A stretch of DNA of 64,000 nt. It comes from Bugula neritina (lineage: Eukaryota > Animalia > Bryozoa). Below are positions 30,171 through 43,500 of this stretch, piece after piece. A program made the position numbers and the translations under genes. How positions within the stretch are numbered: the stretch's first letter is position 1; every line of letters starts with the position of its first letter. The stretch covers positions 12,430,633 through 12,494,632 of the forward strand of contig OZ037769.1 of the NCBI GenBank assembly GCA_964035545.1, given 5' to 3'. The notes under the pieces are model-generated. The model was not told where the DNA came from and did not search any database. It worked only from the letters and a program-made list of their open reading frames with translations.

Positions 30171-30741
30171 GGAAATGTACGTTTTCAATATTACAATATA
30201 TAGGACTTCTATATGTTTTATGTATTGTTATTAATATATTTTCTACCTATCTCCACTGGTTTGATTTTAAGATGTTTAGCCTAATAGCAACAGCAAAACT
30301 TCACTAGCCTATCAACATAATTTAATTTGATGATATTTTTATTAGGTAGCGAACTTGTTCCAATAACTCATAGATCAATTGTACAATGCAATCACCTTTA
30401 TTCATGGTTCAACTATTTAAAAGTTGCGGTGAAATAAATATAAAAATAGCTTGTCATCATTGGAAGAGTTAAATATTAATGTAAACAAGTTGAATAACAT
30501 TCATATGATTGTTATTAGGGTTTACAAAAAAGCAGAGCTTTGATATAAGCAGTACCCTACAAATTTATTGGACATTTTATGCTATATTTTTTTTTATAAA
30601 AGATATATGAGAAGCATAACTTCACATGAATATAACATTGTGTATATCAAACTATATTGTTAAATTGCTAAAATATAAGTTGATGATAACAAATCTCAGC
30701 ATTGTTATTTAAATTCCAAAAAAATATTTTAAATTGCAAAT

Positions 30742-31710
30742 TTGAATGAGAATATTTCGAAGTTTAGCATCTGTCAGGGCACAGACAGAACGATAATGCC
30801 ACAATACCAAAACATTTCCGACATGAATAGCCTCCTGCCCTCCAGCATAAAACAAATTGTGATGACTGATGCTGCACATGATGCTGAAGAATTTGACAAA
30901 CTAAGGAGAGATATGGAGAGGGAACTTAATTGGGATATCCAAAGTTCTCCTAATGACAATGGTGGGTTTACTTTAAAATTCTGTGGCAAAAACAATAGCC
31001 CAAAATCGAGAAAAAAATCAGTCAAAGTTGATATAATACCAATCCATGAAGAGGATAAAGAGAGTAGTCAAGATGAAAGTGTTAACAAGCAGATACTACC
31101 AGTGATGGAAGATACTCCAGTGATGGCTGCAAACAGGTCGCGTAGCAAAAGTGCCCCTATGACATCATCCATTGCCAATCGCAGTAAGAGTGTGGCCAAT
31201 TCATCTTCTCCTAACAAAGCTAAAAGTGTTGCCATCGTTGCACCACCAGCATATCCGAGTAAGAACGTGACCATATCTCCGTCTTCTACTCGCTCTAAAC
31301 ACTCTCCTTCCAAGATGTCGACAAAACCAGAGCACAGCGTCTCCAGACAGTCAACCCTATCACCGGATGCTGTCCGTGCTCCATCGCGCCAAGTTTCTAC
31401 CCTCAGTCATAGAACACAGCTTGGCGATGAGGACATACCAGTTGAACAAGTCAGCAAGCTGCACGTTGGTGCTTCCAGAACTTCGACTAAACCAGCCCGG
31501 TCACAGTCTCGAGCTAGGGCAAGTCCATCTCGTAAAAGTCAAGCGCAACCTTCACCAGAAGAGGAGCCTTCAGAACCATCCAACCAGGCCATGCTGGTTG
31601 CCGTGGTGGAAGGAGATGGCGGCAACATAATTGATCTGGCAGGGCAAATAGAAGACCTATGTGAAGAGGCAGGCATTATCGTCCGACTTAATACAGCTAC
31701 ACTCATTTAA
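30742..31710 (+). CDS. Uncharacterised single-coding-exon Ser/Arg/Lys-rich protein (~280-320 aa)
   Basis: 969-bp ORF, GC-richer than its flanks. First ATG at 30796 (30742 is TTG). AATAAA at ~31773. Confidence 0.7.
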   Translation: MNENISKFSICQGTDRTIMPQYQNISDMNSLLPSSIKQIVMTDAAHDAEEFDKLRRDMERELNWDIQSSPNDNGGFTLKFCGKNNSPKSRKKSVKVDIIPIHEEDKESSQDESVNKQILPVMEDTPVMAANRSRSKSAPMTSSIANRSKSVANSSSPNKAKSVAIVAPPAYPSKNVTISPSSTRSKHSPSKMSTKPEHSVSRQSTLSPDAVRAPSRQVSTLSHRTQLGDEDIPVEQVSKLHVGASRTSTKPARSQSRARASPSRKSQAQPSPEEEPSEPSNQAMLVAVVEGDGGNIIDLAGQIEDLCEEAGIIVRLNTATLI

Positions 31711-32245
31711 AGTTATTTCGTTTGTTGTAGACTGGCAGCCTTTTTCAAATTTGTTTAAAACATTGTGAAGATAATAAAAACTCTATAGAAAAATTGACAA
31801 CTGACATAACCATTTCATCTTGTGTTTTAGCATCCTCAAGTATCAATTTTATAAAACATGCTTTTGTTGAGCAGGAAATACCTGGTGGTACAGTATGCAT
31901 TCATTCTTTATTAGAGCTGCACTGCTAATAGGGCTTTATTTTAATATAATTTATTCATAATAAAATGCAAAACAGCAGGAGAATAAAAAACAATATAAAT
32001 ACCAAATTTATGGCCTTTAAGTTAAGGAGTTGAAGACTGGTATGCTAAATCTATTCATCAAACACACATAATAATAGCATGAGCACATCGAGATTAGCCA
32101 AACTTCACCACATAAAGCTCAATACATTTTGTGATTTAAGAAATCAGTTGATTTTTCATTACATCTACAGCATATCTACAATATAGCAGACTGATGCTGT
32201 AGTTGTGTACGTTCTGAAGAAGGTAAGGGTAACAGTTTGACATAC

Positions 32246-35200
32246 TTAATCGCTGTCGCTATCCAACGCTGCCCTTCTTCTATCAAACTAAAAAATAAAA
32301 CAATTTTAATTTAAAGAAGATAACATTTCATAGCCTAAAAAGTAACCTAATTATAAGAAATAGAAATAAAACCCAAAATACAATGCATATGGTCAACTAA
32401 TACTGCTCTAATAAATATGGCTGTAGCACAACTATCTCAAGGTCACCATTTCAGCAGCATTTATAGATTTCTTAAAACTTACTGAGTTTAAAAGTGAGAC
32501 ATTCTCTACACAACAAATATATTCTACAATGTGGGAAAGTAATCAGCCCCAGGAAGGTATCTAGTAAGCATTAGTCACCCTTGAATAACGTATTTAAACT
32601 ACTTGTCCAGTGACAACATACTGATAGTCATTAATTAGTCATACAGGGTTCTAACATACTGATAGTCACCCAAGTAATAGTAATACTCGCACAATGTTCC
32701 AAGAGTGCCAAACCACACGCCATATGCATGTTTAATTCAATCATTAAAATGTTGCACTTTGTAGGCTAATCAACAGTTGGCCATGGTGTAAATCAAATAA
32801 AAAATGGCTGCACAATTATGCAACATCCCCCAGCAAGTAACACCTTTCCAAGCAATAGAGGCAGTAAGTTTTTAATGTAATGCCAAGTCAAGTAATGCAA
32901 TTGGGAAATAGCCCACAGTCTAATAATATTCAAGACAAACTGCTGTGTGTGGTCACAGTAGCAAGCCTACATGAATCAAAACATGCTTCTACTAAATAAT
33001 TATAATGCTTTATTTTATTTGCTTGGTTCACTATCCACTTACTACCTGGCATATTCAAAAAGTACATAATAAAATTTATAGGAGAATATGTAACTTCAAT
33101 CAAAAAGGTTGAACCACATTACTACTAGTATTTCAGTAGATAGTTTCCCCCGTGAAAATAAACCACTTCATAACGCCCTAAACACCCTCGCCCATGATAG
33201 GCATGTAATAACAAATACTTATGTCACTTCATCCTTATAAATATACCTTAAAATCCCTACAGTTCCCATCAAACACCAGCTTGCTTTAGCTACCAAACTT
33301 TCACGAAATTCAACCACCCATTTAAGGAATAGTGTTTCATACTGTACATTACACTGCAAAACTCCAACAATCTCCCAATCAATTGTTTCCTAGCTGTGCT
33401 TCCCACTGCATACATGTGACTGAAAAAAACCAGTTGGTTTCACCCCAACTTACTTTGACTGAAGAAGACTTCTGTGTTTGTCCACTGATTTGTCCAAGAA
33501 GTGATTTCAGCTGTTCCTCATTCAGCTAAACAGAAATCAAACAATTTTACACATATGTGCAGCTGGAATCGCTATATTCTATTACTTACCAAATTTATAG
33601 AAAAACTCTATCTTTATTCATATATACAGTGCTCCCTCCATATCTCACAGTTCCAGTTCTCACGAAACCCCAAAGGTCACGAAAAGGGTTTGGACCCCTG
33701 TTTTGTGACCTATGTATGTGTGAATAGAGACAAAATGGCTAAATTTACTAGATTCGTGAGTTAAATATGGTATTCTAGTATGTCACGAATCGTGGTCTTG
33801 GGAGCCGCAGCTCAGTGAGATACGGAGGCGCACTGCATCTCTTTATTCCTAAAGTAAACAGAAATAAATGGGTCACTTACTACCTGCATCCATGTATACA
33901 AGACTACAAGAAATGGCTGGACACTTTGTACTGACAAAACAAGAAAGTTAAGGAAGAAATTATGTCATTAAACAAAATATGGCAACATAACAGTGTCCCT
34001 GTTATTATTACTGTACATATTGGAAGAGCCAGTTATATATGACGATTATATGAAAACTAACTTGGGAGAAAAACACAAAAGAACTGTAAAACCTGAATTT
34101 CACAATGATTCTGGAAAACTCAGCCTGACTGTTTATAGTGTCCTGTAGCTAGGTCTAATTGTAATAAAATAGCAATGTAAATGTCAGTTTCCTACAAAAA
34201 TTGATACCAGCCAAGAATTCAGTGCACTGCAACACTGAGATCTACAATTAGTTTACCTTCTCTTGTATTTGACCGGTTCTTGCCATCTGAGCTAGCATAA
34301 GTTCCACTTTCTGGGCTTTCTCGGGTTTAGTTAAAGCTATTGTGTTCACTAGAAAGAGCAAAGTAAACTAGCATTAAATGCAATAAAACTTTTGAAACTG
34401 AATGCTAATTATTCATATGGAGAGCAACATCTCTTTTCTTTATAAATACAACACAAAATATTTCAGTTGGTCATTAATTGAAATTATGTGTAAATAAAGT
34501 GCTTAAACTTTCGAATTTCTTATAATTGTTGTTAGGATTTGTCTTCTTTTAAGGACAAAATTTCTGCAGTTATTAATAAAAACTATATAAATATAGCACA
34601 TAGTTATTATAATGGAAACTTGTAATTTGGTAATCAAAAGATTTGTGAACTATTCAAGACAGACAACTTCTCAAAGAAAACATGGAAGGGAAAACAAAGA
34701 AGGGAAAACATAGAAGAAGAGAAGGGGAGGGAGAGAGAGAGGGGGAGATAGAGGGAGAGAGAGGGAGAGAGAGGGGAGAGAGGGGGAGAGAGGGGGAGAG
34801 AGGGGGAGAGAGGGGGAGAGAGGGAGAGAGAGGGAGAGAGGGGGGGAGAGAGGGGGAGGGAGATAGAGACTTACATCTGGCTCGTGCTTCCTGAGTAAGT
34901 ACTTGAGACAAGATGCTATTCTTCATTTCCTGTTGCTGTCTCTGCATCTCTTCTTGCTGCTGCCTTCCCTCTCCAGCTCCCTTTAAAAAGGAATTCATGT
35001 CTGTGTAGAGCATTAATCAGAGACTAGCAGACTATATCAGATATACTGTAGCAATTTGCTGTAAAACCACTTACCTCTTATGCTAAACCACATTGTCTTA
35101 ATTTTACTTTAGTACCACACTAGAGTTCTGGAAACAATTCACAGATATGTACAGCAAAAAGTGGTATACAAAGTTAAACGTGATGGCAACTGGTTACAAA

Positions 35201-35606
35201 TATTAGCAAAGTTCTCTTTTCACAGAAAATCACAACAAACATTTCGAAAAGCATTGCGAAAAGCATGCCAACTTTTGAAATTATTGTTTTCACCATGCAG
35301 CTACCCTAACATTGAAACACCTCAAAGTTAAATATGAGAATTCCCAAGAAGAATCTAATTTTTTGGAATCACTAGAATACAATATATAGGGACTCTGATA
35401 TATCCTTTATCTACAAAACAATGAAATGATCAGCTAAACTTTAGATGTCATTACAACTCATCGGAAATTAGAAACCTATAATTTAAATTATCAATGCCAA
35501 TTCTACACTACTTAAAAGATTGTCTAAATGACTTTAAACTCACCTGTCCTGCTTGAGATTGCAGTTCACGCATTCTTTGGGCTCGTATAGCTTCTAAGTC
35601 GTCCAT
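32246..35606 (-). CDS. PDCD5: Programmed cell death protein 5
   Basis: Exons 35606-35544, 34980-34875, 34348-34257, 33525-33454, 32287-32246 give MDDLEAIRAQRMRELQ...MKNSILSQVLTQEARARLNTIALTKPEKAQKVELMLAQMARTGQIQEKLNEEQLKSLL...VKFDRRRAALDSDSD*. Confidence 0.95.
33627..33835. mobile_element. pogo/Tigger-like MITE in PDCD5 intron 3
   Basis: TIRs cagtgctccctccatatctcac / gtgagatacggaggcgcactg. TA on the left flank, CA on the right. Confidence 0.6.
34711..34869. repeat. Polypurine (GA/GGGGGA) tract
   Basis: ~160 bp of almost only G/A, abutting the PDCD5 exon 2 donor. Confidence 0.9.
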
Positions 35607-37069
35607 GTTTGTGAAGCACTGAGGTGAATTTCACATTAGGTTGTAGCAATAATATGCAAAATCTGGGTTTAAACCTACAACATAAATCTTCTTACTACAA
35701 ATAAATTCTACACAAAGTATGTAAGGTAAAGATGTTAAGAATAAATATGAAATGAAGAACACATTTTCTATACATGAAAATAGCATCAGTATAACATTCA
35801 ATTTTAATAGATTTATATTCATCAATGTTATTACATGGCCGAACATCGGCTATATAACTGAATAAATAGAACACAACTACATTATGTGATAGATGTCACA
35901 CTTGAAAGTTTCCGGAGCTAGCAAGAAATCATTTTTACAACCATACTAATCGGTGTTATCATAATAATTCCATCAATCAAGTGCTAATATGACTTAATGT
36001 ATTCCATTGTAGCTCTCAGTGTAAGCATCACTACAGGCTTTTACAAGCAAAACTTTTAAAGGCATCAAAGAGTATTTAATTTTATATATTAAACATTAAT
36101 TTGCTGTAAAAATTAAGGCCAATCAGTCGTTAGCTAGGCATATCTTGTTAGTTGTTTCAACACAAATAAAAACACATAAAAATAACAGAAGTATTTGGGG
36201 CCTACAGTGTCTTGGCACAGCAAATATTTTAGTGCCTGAGTAAGAGTTCAGTTTTATTTATATCAATATTATTATTAGTACTACAACTAGTATATTTTAT
36301 TATTCCATTTGGGCATTTAGATTTACTTATCAATATACTGAGACTTGTGATATTATTATACTGAATATAGTCATGCCTCGTTGTGATAATCATAGCCATA
36401 ATGATAATGATGATAATGATAATGAATTATATTAGTTAATGTTATAACCATAAAAAGATAATGATATTGAATTTGATAATAATTGTATTTATCAATGAAC
36501 AATAGACAGTATGACTACCAATATTAATATCAATAATATCAATTACATCAATTTCAATATCAATTAATATTAAAATTATAATCATAATGATATTGATAAT
36601 CTAAAAGTATAACTACAAGTACATTATAAATCATTAGACATTATGATTATCATTATCATTATAAAATTATCATTATGCCTATACTAATATTTATAGTTAA
36701 TGTTATAATATTAATAATAATTTAAATTATAATAAGTATAACTAAAAACTATTACTAACCTAAAGTAAATATTAAAAATAAAATAATGGACTTTGAGTAA
36801 ATAAGTAATTTTTATTCAATATCTTTCTCAAGTCTAAATGTAGCAATTAGTAAAAATGCCAAAGCCTATGTTGAATATTTCTGAAAGAATTATAATTTAC
36901 AGTTTTATAATAGAACTAGAAGAAAATAAAGTTAAAAATTTTTGTGTCAATGGTCATGGTGATCCTTCGTTGTTCAAAGGAAATATTCGGATGTCAAGTT
37001 GAAAAATGTTACAAGTGGAAGCGACACAGTAACAGCATCTTATTCCGAACAAATAAAGCCAGTTTAAGG

Positions 37070-37496
37070 CAGTGTGGTATATTAAGAGTGTTGACTTTAA
37101 ACCATGAAAAATCATTATGTCGCTAATGGTACCGCGAGTTTATATAAGTTATAAAGGAAAAATTTTGCCACTTTTGTGATTTTATTTTTTTTTTTATATT
37201 ATGTGTCCATTTTTTTTAGTTTTGTTTATTGGTAAAGTTTTTAAACATATTTTCAATACATGTAAAATTTTAAAAATAATTAAAACTTAATCATGCACGT
37301 AAATACAAAGCTATAAAGTTTAAGCTTCGCTGTGATTACAATGTGAATATGAATTGAATAATGCTTGCAATAACCATTTTACACAAAATACGTTACAGTT
37401 GCTATAAATGTAAGACTAGTAAATTGGATGCAAATAGGCACGGTAATACTATTTGATTTATGCTATTTTTGAAATTTGTAGTAAATATTCGGCATG

Positions 37497-37570
<74 letters not shown>

Positions 37571-38486
37571 AATATATTATATATTGTTATATTATATATA
37601 TATATTATATAAGTATAATAATATTATATAAGTATAATAATATTATATATAATATATATATTATAATAATATATTATATAATATAATAATATTATATATA
37701 ATATATATATTATAATAATATATTATATAATATAATAATATAATATATTATTATATTATATATTATATTATATATATATTATATATATATAATATCATAT
37801 AATATATATTATTATATTATATTATTTATAATATATATATATATTATAATAATATATTATATATTAATATATATTATATTATATTATATATATATAATAT
37901 ATTATACAAGTATAATAATATTATATATAATATATATATATATATATTATAATAATATATATATTATAATAATATATTATATATTATTATATTATATATT
38001 ATATTATATATATTATATGTATAATATCATATATAATATATTATTATATTATAATATTATATTATATATTATATTATATATATATTATATATATATAATA
38101 ATATCATATATAATATATAAAATATATTATTATATTATATATTATATATATAATAATATCATATATAATATATTATTATATTATAATATTATATATTATA
38201 TTATATATATATTATATATATATATAATAATATCATATATAATATATAAAATATATTATTATATTTTATATTATATATATAATAATATCATATATAATAT
38301 ATTATTATATTATATATTAAATTATATACATTATATATATAATGATATTATATATAATATATATATATATATATACATATAATAATATTATATATTATAT
38401 ATTCATATATATATATATATATAATAATATATATATATATAATAATATATATATATATAATAATATATATATATAATAATATATAT

Positions 38487-38540
<54 letters not shown>

Positions 38541-38977
38541 GCCAAATATTTACTACAAAATTCAAAAATAGCATAAATTAAGTAGTATTACCGTGCCTAT
38601 TTGCATCCAATTAACTAGTCTTACATTTATAGCAACTGTAGCGTATTTTGTGTATAATGGTTATTGCAAGCATTATTCAATTCATATTCACATTGTAATC
38701 ACAGCGAAGCTTTAACTTTATAGCTTTGTATTTATGTGCATGATTGAGTTTTAATTTTTCTTTTAATTTTATGTGCATTAAAAATGTGTTTAAAAACTTT
38801 ACCAATAAACAAAATTAAAAAAAATGTACACATAAAATAGAAAAAAAATAAAATAACAAAAGTGGCAAAATTTTTCCAATATAACTTATATAAACTCGCG
38901 GTACCAATCTCGGCATAATGGCGCCCATATGATTCCGTAAGATTTGCTAATGGCAACACTCTTAATATACCACACTG
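37070..38977. mobile_element. Non-autonomous hAT-like foldback DNA transposon: ~430-bp inverted arms, ~1-kb AT-only core, 8-bp TSD
   Basis: Termini cagtgtggtatattaagagtgttg / caacactcttaatataccacactg. GTTTAAGG is directly repeated at 37062-37069 and 38978-38985. Arms 37127-37498 and 38536-38905 are reverse complements with scattered mismatches. Confidence 0.85.
37499..38535. repeat. AT-only low-complexity core
   Basis: TA/TAA/ATT satellite with almost no G or C. Confidence 0.9.
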
Positions 38978-40560
38978 GTTTAAGGTTGCTTAAAGAGTTT
39001 TACGAACAGGGTTAGGAGGATTCACTGTTACTTATGGGTGCATCCTAATTTCAAGAGAAAATAACTTACAAGTGACAGTGTGTGCTGAGGTTTTTTTATC
39101 ATGTAGGCATTACTCACCAGCAAGTCAAGTTTTAAATGAGTTTATAGTCCCCAACGTGAGATTATCCGTACTCGATGCTTGCTACATGCTACCGTTTTAA
39201 GTTCTACTCGAGCATGTTAGCACAAACAATATAGTTACAGACCGTTAGTTATTACACACATAAACAACATAACATACCACAATATTTAAAATGTATATGT
39301 GTATTATAATGTAAACAAATGAACAGCCTTGAGAATTGGTTGCCTGTTCATGCTATAAAAATCCTACTATTCTACTATTATTTTAGTCATTAACTGTCTA
39401 ATTATCTTCATAGTACATATATTGCAACTAACAAGCTATCATTAGTTTCAAAATAAAGATTGTTATAATAGCATTTGTTTCAAGTCCAATTATTATTATT
39501 TTCATCAAGACATATAGAGCACATTTTAAAGTTTGTGTCACAGTACATGAGGCTGCTTTTCAGGTAAGGATAACTTCCATGTGCATGCACGGAACTATTT
39601 ATATAACTAATGTGACTGCTTTCAGACACCAGAGTTCAAGAGACTATATATAATGTATAGCTGCAAGCATATTGTTCCAGTCTCAAATCAAGCAAAGTAG
39701 AGCAAGTTTTAATCATATATCATATTAGACTGGTCTGTAAATAGCATAAATACAGCTCTATTTTGTGCCATATCCAGGTGCAATATTTACCTGCAATTTT
39801 TCACTAACACTTTTGCATTGATATCTTATAAATAAAGAGTATATTGCGTATATTATAACATCACAATAATTTATTACAAAACGTTGATTATATTACACAT
39901 TGCACGTGTTAATGTAAAATATTCCTATATTCTGTGTAGAAGTTGACATGGAGATGCTCGCTAATTATGTATAACGGTGCACAAAATATACTAAAATATT
40001 ATATAAAAGGACCATATATAATAATAATAATAATAATGGAGACTACTATAATATAAGAAAGTGCAAAAACACAAAGTAATGTTATTATAAAATGTGGTAA
40101 ATAAAAATAGCGATATAAATATAGCAATTTTCTTATTTTCATGTTTGATGCTGTTTTAATATATAAAATGGAAATAAATATAAGTTAACAGTTGCTTGAA
40201 TATTAAAACCTCTATTTTGCATAATTATCACCAGAGTGCATATATTAATTAAAATAAATAAAGAAGACAACTACAAACACATGATCACATTAGTGATATT
40301 ACGCTGGATTATCACAATAAAAGAGTATTATAAGGAAAAGCAACTTCTCTAAAATGCAACTTGAAACTTTAGTGACAAAGCAGCAAAAAGCTGTCACGTC
40401 ACAATATTGCTGCTGCTATAACAATAGAACATTATAATCAATATAAGTTAATATTACAGTAATACAGGTGCTCATGTCTAATTTGCAACCAACAAACTTA
40501 AGATCAGCTGCATGATATAACAATGAATAAATTGACCAACATTTTCCTAAAAATTATCAT

Positions 40561-43500
40561 TTAAACTTTAGTGACCGGGCCCCAGTTTCTACCTGTGATT
40601 AGCTTCCCTATGGCTTCCTGCTCTTTTTTAAACTTTTTCATTCGCTCTTCTAAAAATAAAAATCAAATGAGTGTTCAATGAAACTAAATACTAATATATA
40701 CCCCATAGTAATCTTTTACTATAGGTACTTATAGTAGAGTTTGGTAAGGAACATGGCAATATAATGTTGGCATTAAAAATCCATAAATTAAACTTTAAAA
40801 TAACAAGTAAATAAATTGATTCCATTTTATCAGGAAAAAAGAGAAGAGGTTTTATTAATCCCAAAGATAAAAAGATATACAATTTGCAATATTCAGGTAC
40901 AGAAAGGAAGCGAAAAGGCACAAATCACAATTAGTAATAAACTATGAGCTAACTAGATACAAGCAAATTAATAGGTGTGTAGGGAGTCAAGCAAATCACA
41001 GCATTTTTACATCTAATGATCAAACTATAGGGTAGCAATTTTATAATTTGTGCAAATACACATAATCTAATAATTTGGAAATTATGTTTTATCATGTGAC
41101 CAACAAGATGGCAGGTAAATTATTTTCCATGTAGAGAATTAGGCGTGTATGCCAACTGTACTGTAAGCTACTAGTTTCACTATACTTATAAGATAGTAGT
41201 GTTAAATTTATTTCTTTGTATTGGAATATATCACACTACCTAACATCTATCAGTTGCTACTGACAACTCAACGAACATAAAATCACACAATCACACACTC
41301 GGAAGGTCTTTTAAGCAAGAAAGCTTCAATCATTAGTGAAAATACCTGTTTTTTATTCTTTTATGTTTGCCTTTTCATGTGTTTCCTTTAAATCAAAATT
41401 TAAAAAATTGTAAATTTGATAAAGCATCTGCCGAAGTTAAAAGGTTTCATAAAAATTAGAACTTAAATAAAATTAATATGTGAGTAGAGTAGATAACCCT
41501 AAGAAATGTTTAGCTCCAGCAGAAATTGCTTTACAATGAATCACATTGACTACTTAGCTTGGAGATAAAAATAGGTACACAATACCATCTACTCTGCCAG
41601 CTTACATAAGCTTGTTGCCATGATGTTAGAACAGTATTCACTATTGAACTTAGGATTTGAAAACTCCTAATCAATTGTAAAAAAAACTATTCAAGTACCT
41701 ATGCAGCAACCCGTAAAGAATTGATTAACTTTTACTGTAGTGTGATTTGCCTAGAAACATGGCTAAAAACTCTCTTATGACACATGACTAATTAGCCAGG
41801 CAAGGCCAGTGTACATGCTATAGGCTTTTATAGCTGAATTATGGTAATTTTGCACGTAAAAATGAAATTATTTATTTTTTACGGATTTAGTTATTGTTAC
41901 GCAAAAAAAATATCCAAAGACTAAAACATTTAGCTTAAGCACATTTTCTGGCACACTACAAACAACTTGTTCAATTATTAGTAGATTTTAAACAATGTAG
42001 TCGTTCGTAAAGGTTTGTAATAGTCCAACAACTTACCTACATAAACATTCTCTCCCCATTCAGATTTAGTCACTGGGATTTGATCCTTGACCTGATTTGA
42101 AGACTCTGTTTTTGTCATAGACTTGGTTCCAGCAACAGCTTGAGTTCTGCTCTTCATCTTCACCCACTTTCCGCAGACCTTTATATAGTCACACCCATCA
42201 TTGGGCGGAGCTCCGGCCAGGTTATCATCAAATGTTGGAATTATCGTTCTTTTAACAGAAACCGTTCTTTTAACCACTTTCTTAGTGACTGTTTTCTTCT
42301 TTCCCTCTGGGCTGTGAGAAGACGTAGAAAGGGGTGTGGCTAGAGATGGAAGTGGAGATAGGCTGGTCACAGGTACAGCCGATTGATCTGCTTTTAGAGA
42401 TGCAGACGGCACTTTGGCATCAGAACTCGAATCTGCACCGTTCTTATGATCCACTGGTACGTCAGAAGTAAAAGATCGTCTGCGCTCTTTGACAGTCAAC
42501 ATGGAGTCTGACCATTCAGCTCTGCTGGCTGGTAGATCGTCTTGAGAAGAACAACCAGAGAGGTCAACAACATCTGGTGGAGTTGGAGCAACCTTCTACA
42601 ATAATTATTATATCCCCTTTAGTAAAAATAGAAATGAGCAGTTGTGGTCTAGGGGTTAGAGCACTAGCCTAGTAAACACGGAGTCATAAGTTCGAACCCC
42701 AGTAAAAGGCCATTGGTGATGTTAGGAAAAGCATCCAGTCATAATTGCTCCTGTGCCACATCTGAATAAGTTCTTAGCCCACTTAATAAGATCCTTTCCA
42801 TCAGGGGTTCTCACAGAGATAGTGACTATAAACTTGTCTGAGTTATTATTAGTAAAAAAAGACTTTGCAGTATGTTGTAAGAACAAGTATTTTCTCATCA
42901 ATAGGAACCAAATTTTATTGCTAGCTTTACATCCCAAGAATGAAAACAGTGTGCAATACTACAGAAATAACACTTAAGACGCGAACAGCACGCTCTGCAT
43001 ATTATTACACTGAAGTTGCACAGTCACAATAGAAAAAGGTGCAGGCCCTAAACACAGACACAACTTCACAACATACATCGTATGCACAGATTTACCAGAT
43101 CAGACAACTACTATGACCTTGACACATATATATATACAAAGAACAGTCATGGTTACCTGAGCAGTCATACTGCTACACAACGGGCTGTTGCTTTGCTCTG
43201 TCATAAAAATTGAAACCGGCAACAGAAGAGAAGCAAAGCCTACAGTTGGATGCCGTACAGTGGCATAGCGCAATGTCATTGAATGAGGAAAGCGTTGAGA
43301 GTGTGATATAAATTTGTGTTTTTCAATGACATCGGGAATGTACTTTTGGTTAGTAAATGTTCTATTATGTCCGATTCCATAATTATTTGAGTTCAATGAA
43401 ACATAGCCACTCTCAGGTGATGCTTTTAAGATGTTCGATTCATTATAAGTCATGGAAGTAATAAATGGACTAGAAATAGCAGAAACGTTATCTGATAAAG

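Noticed and set aside
34682-34894. G/E/R-rich ORF
   Set aside because: Product of the GA tract, antisense to a PDCD5 intron.
38017-38545. Y/I/N-rich ORFs
   Set aside because: AT-only core of the foldback element.
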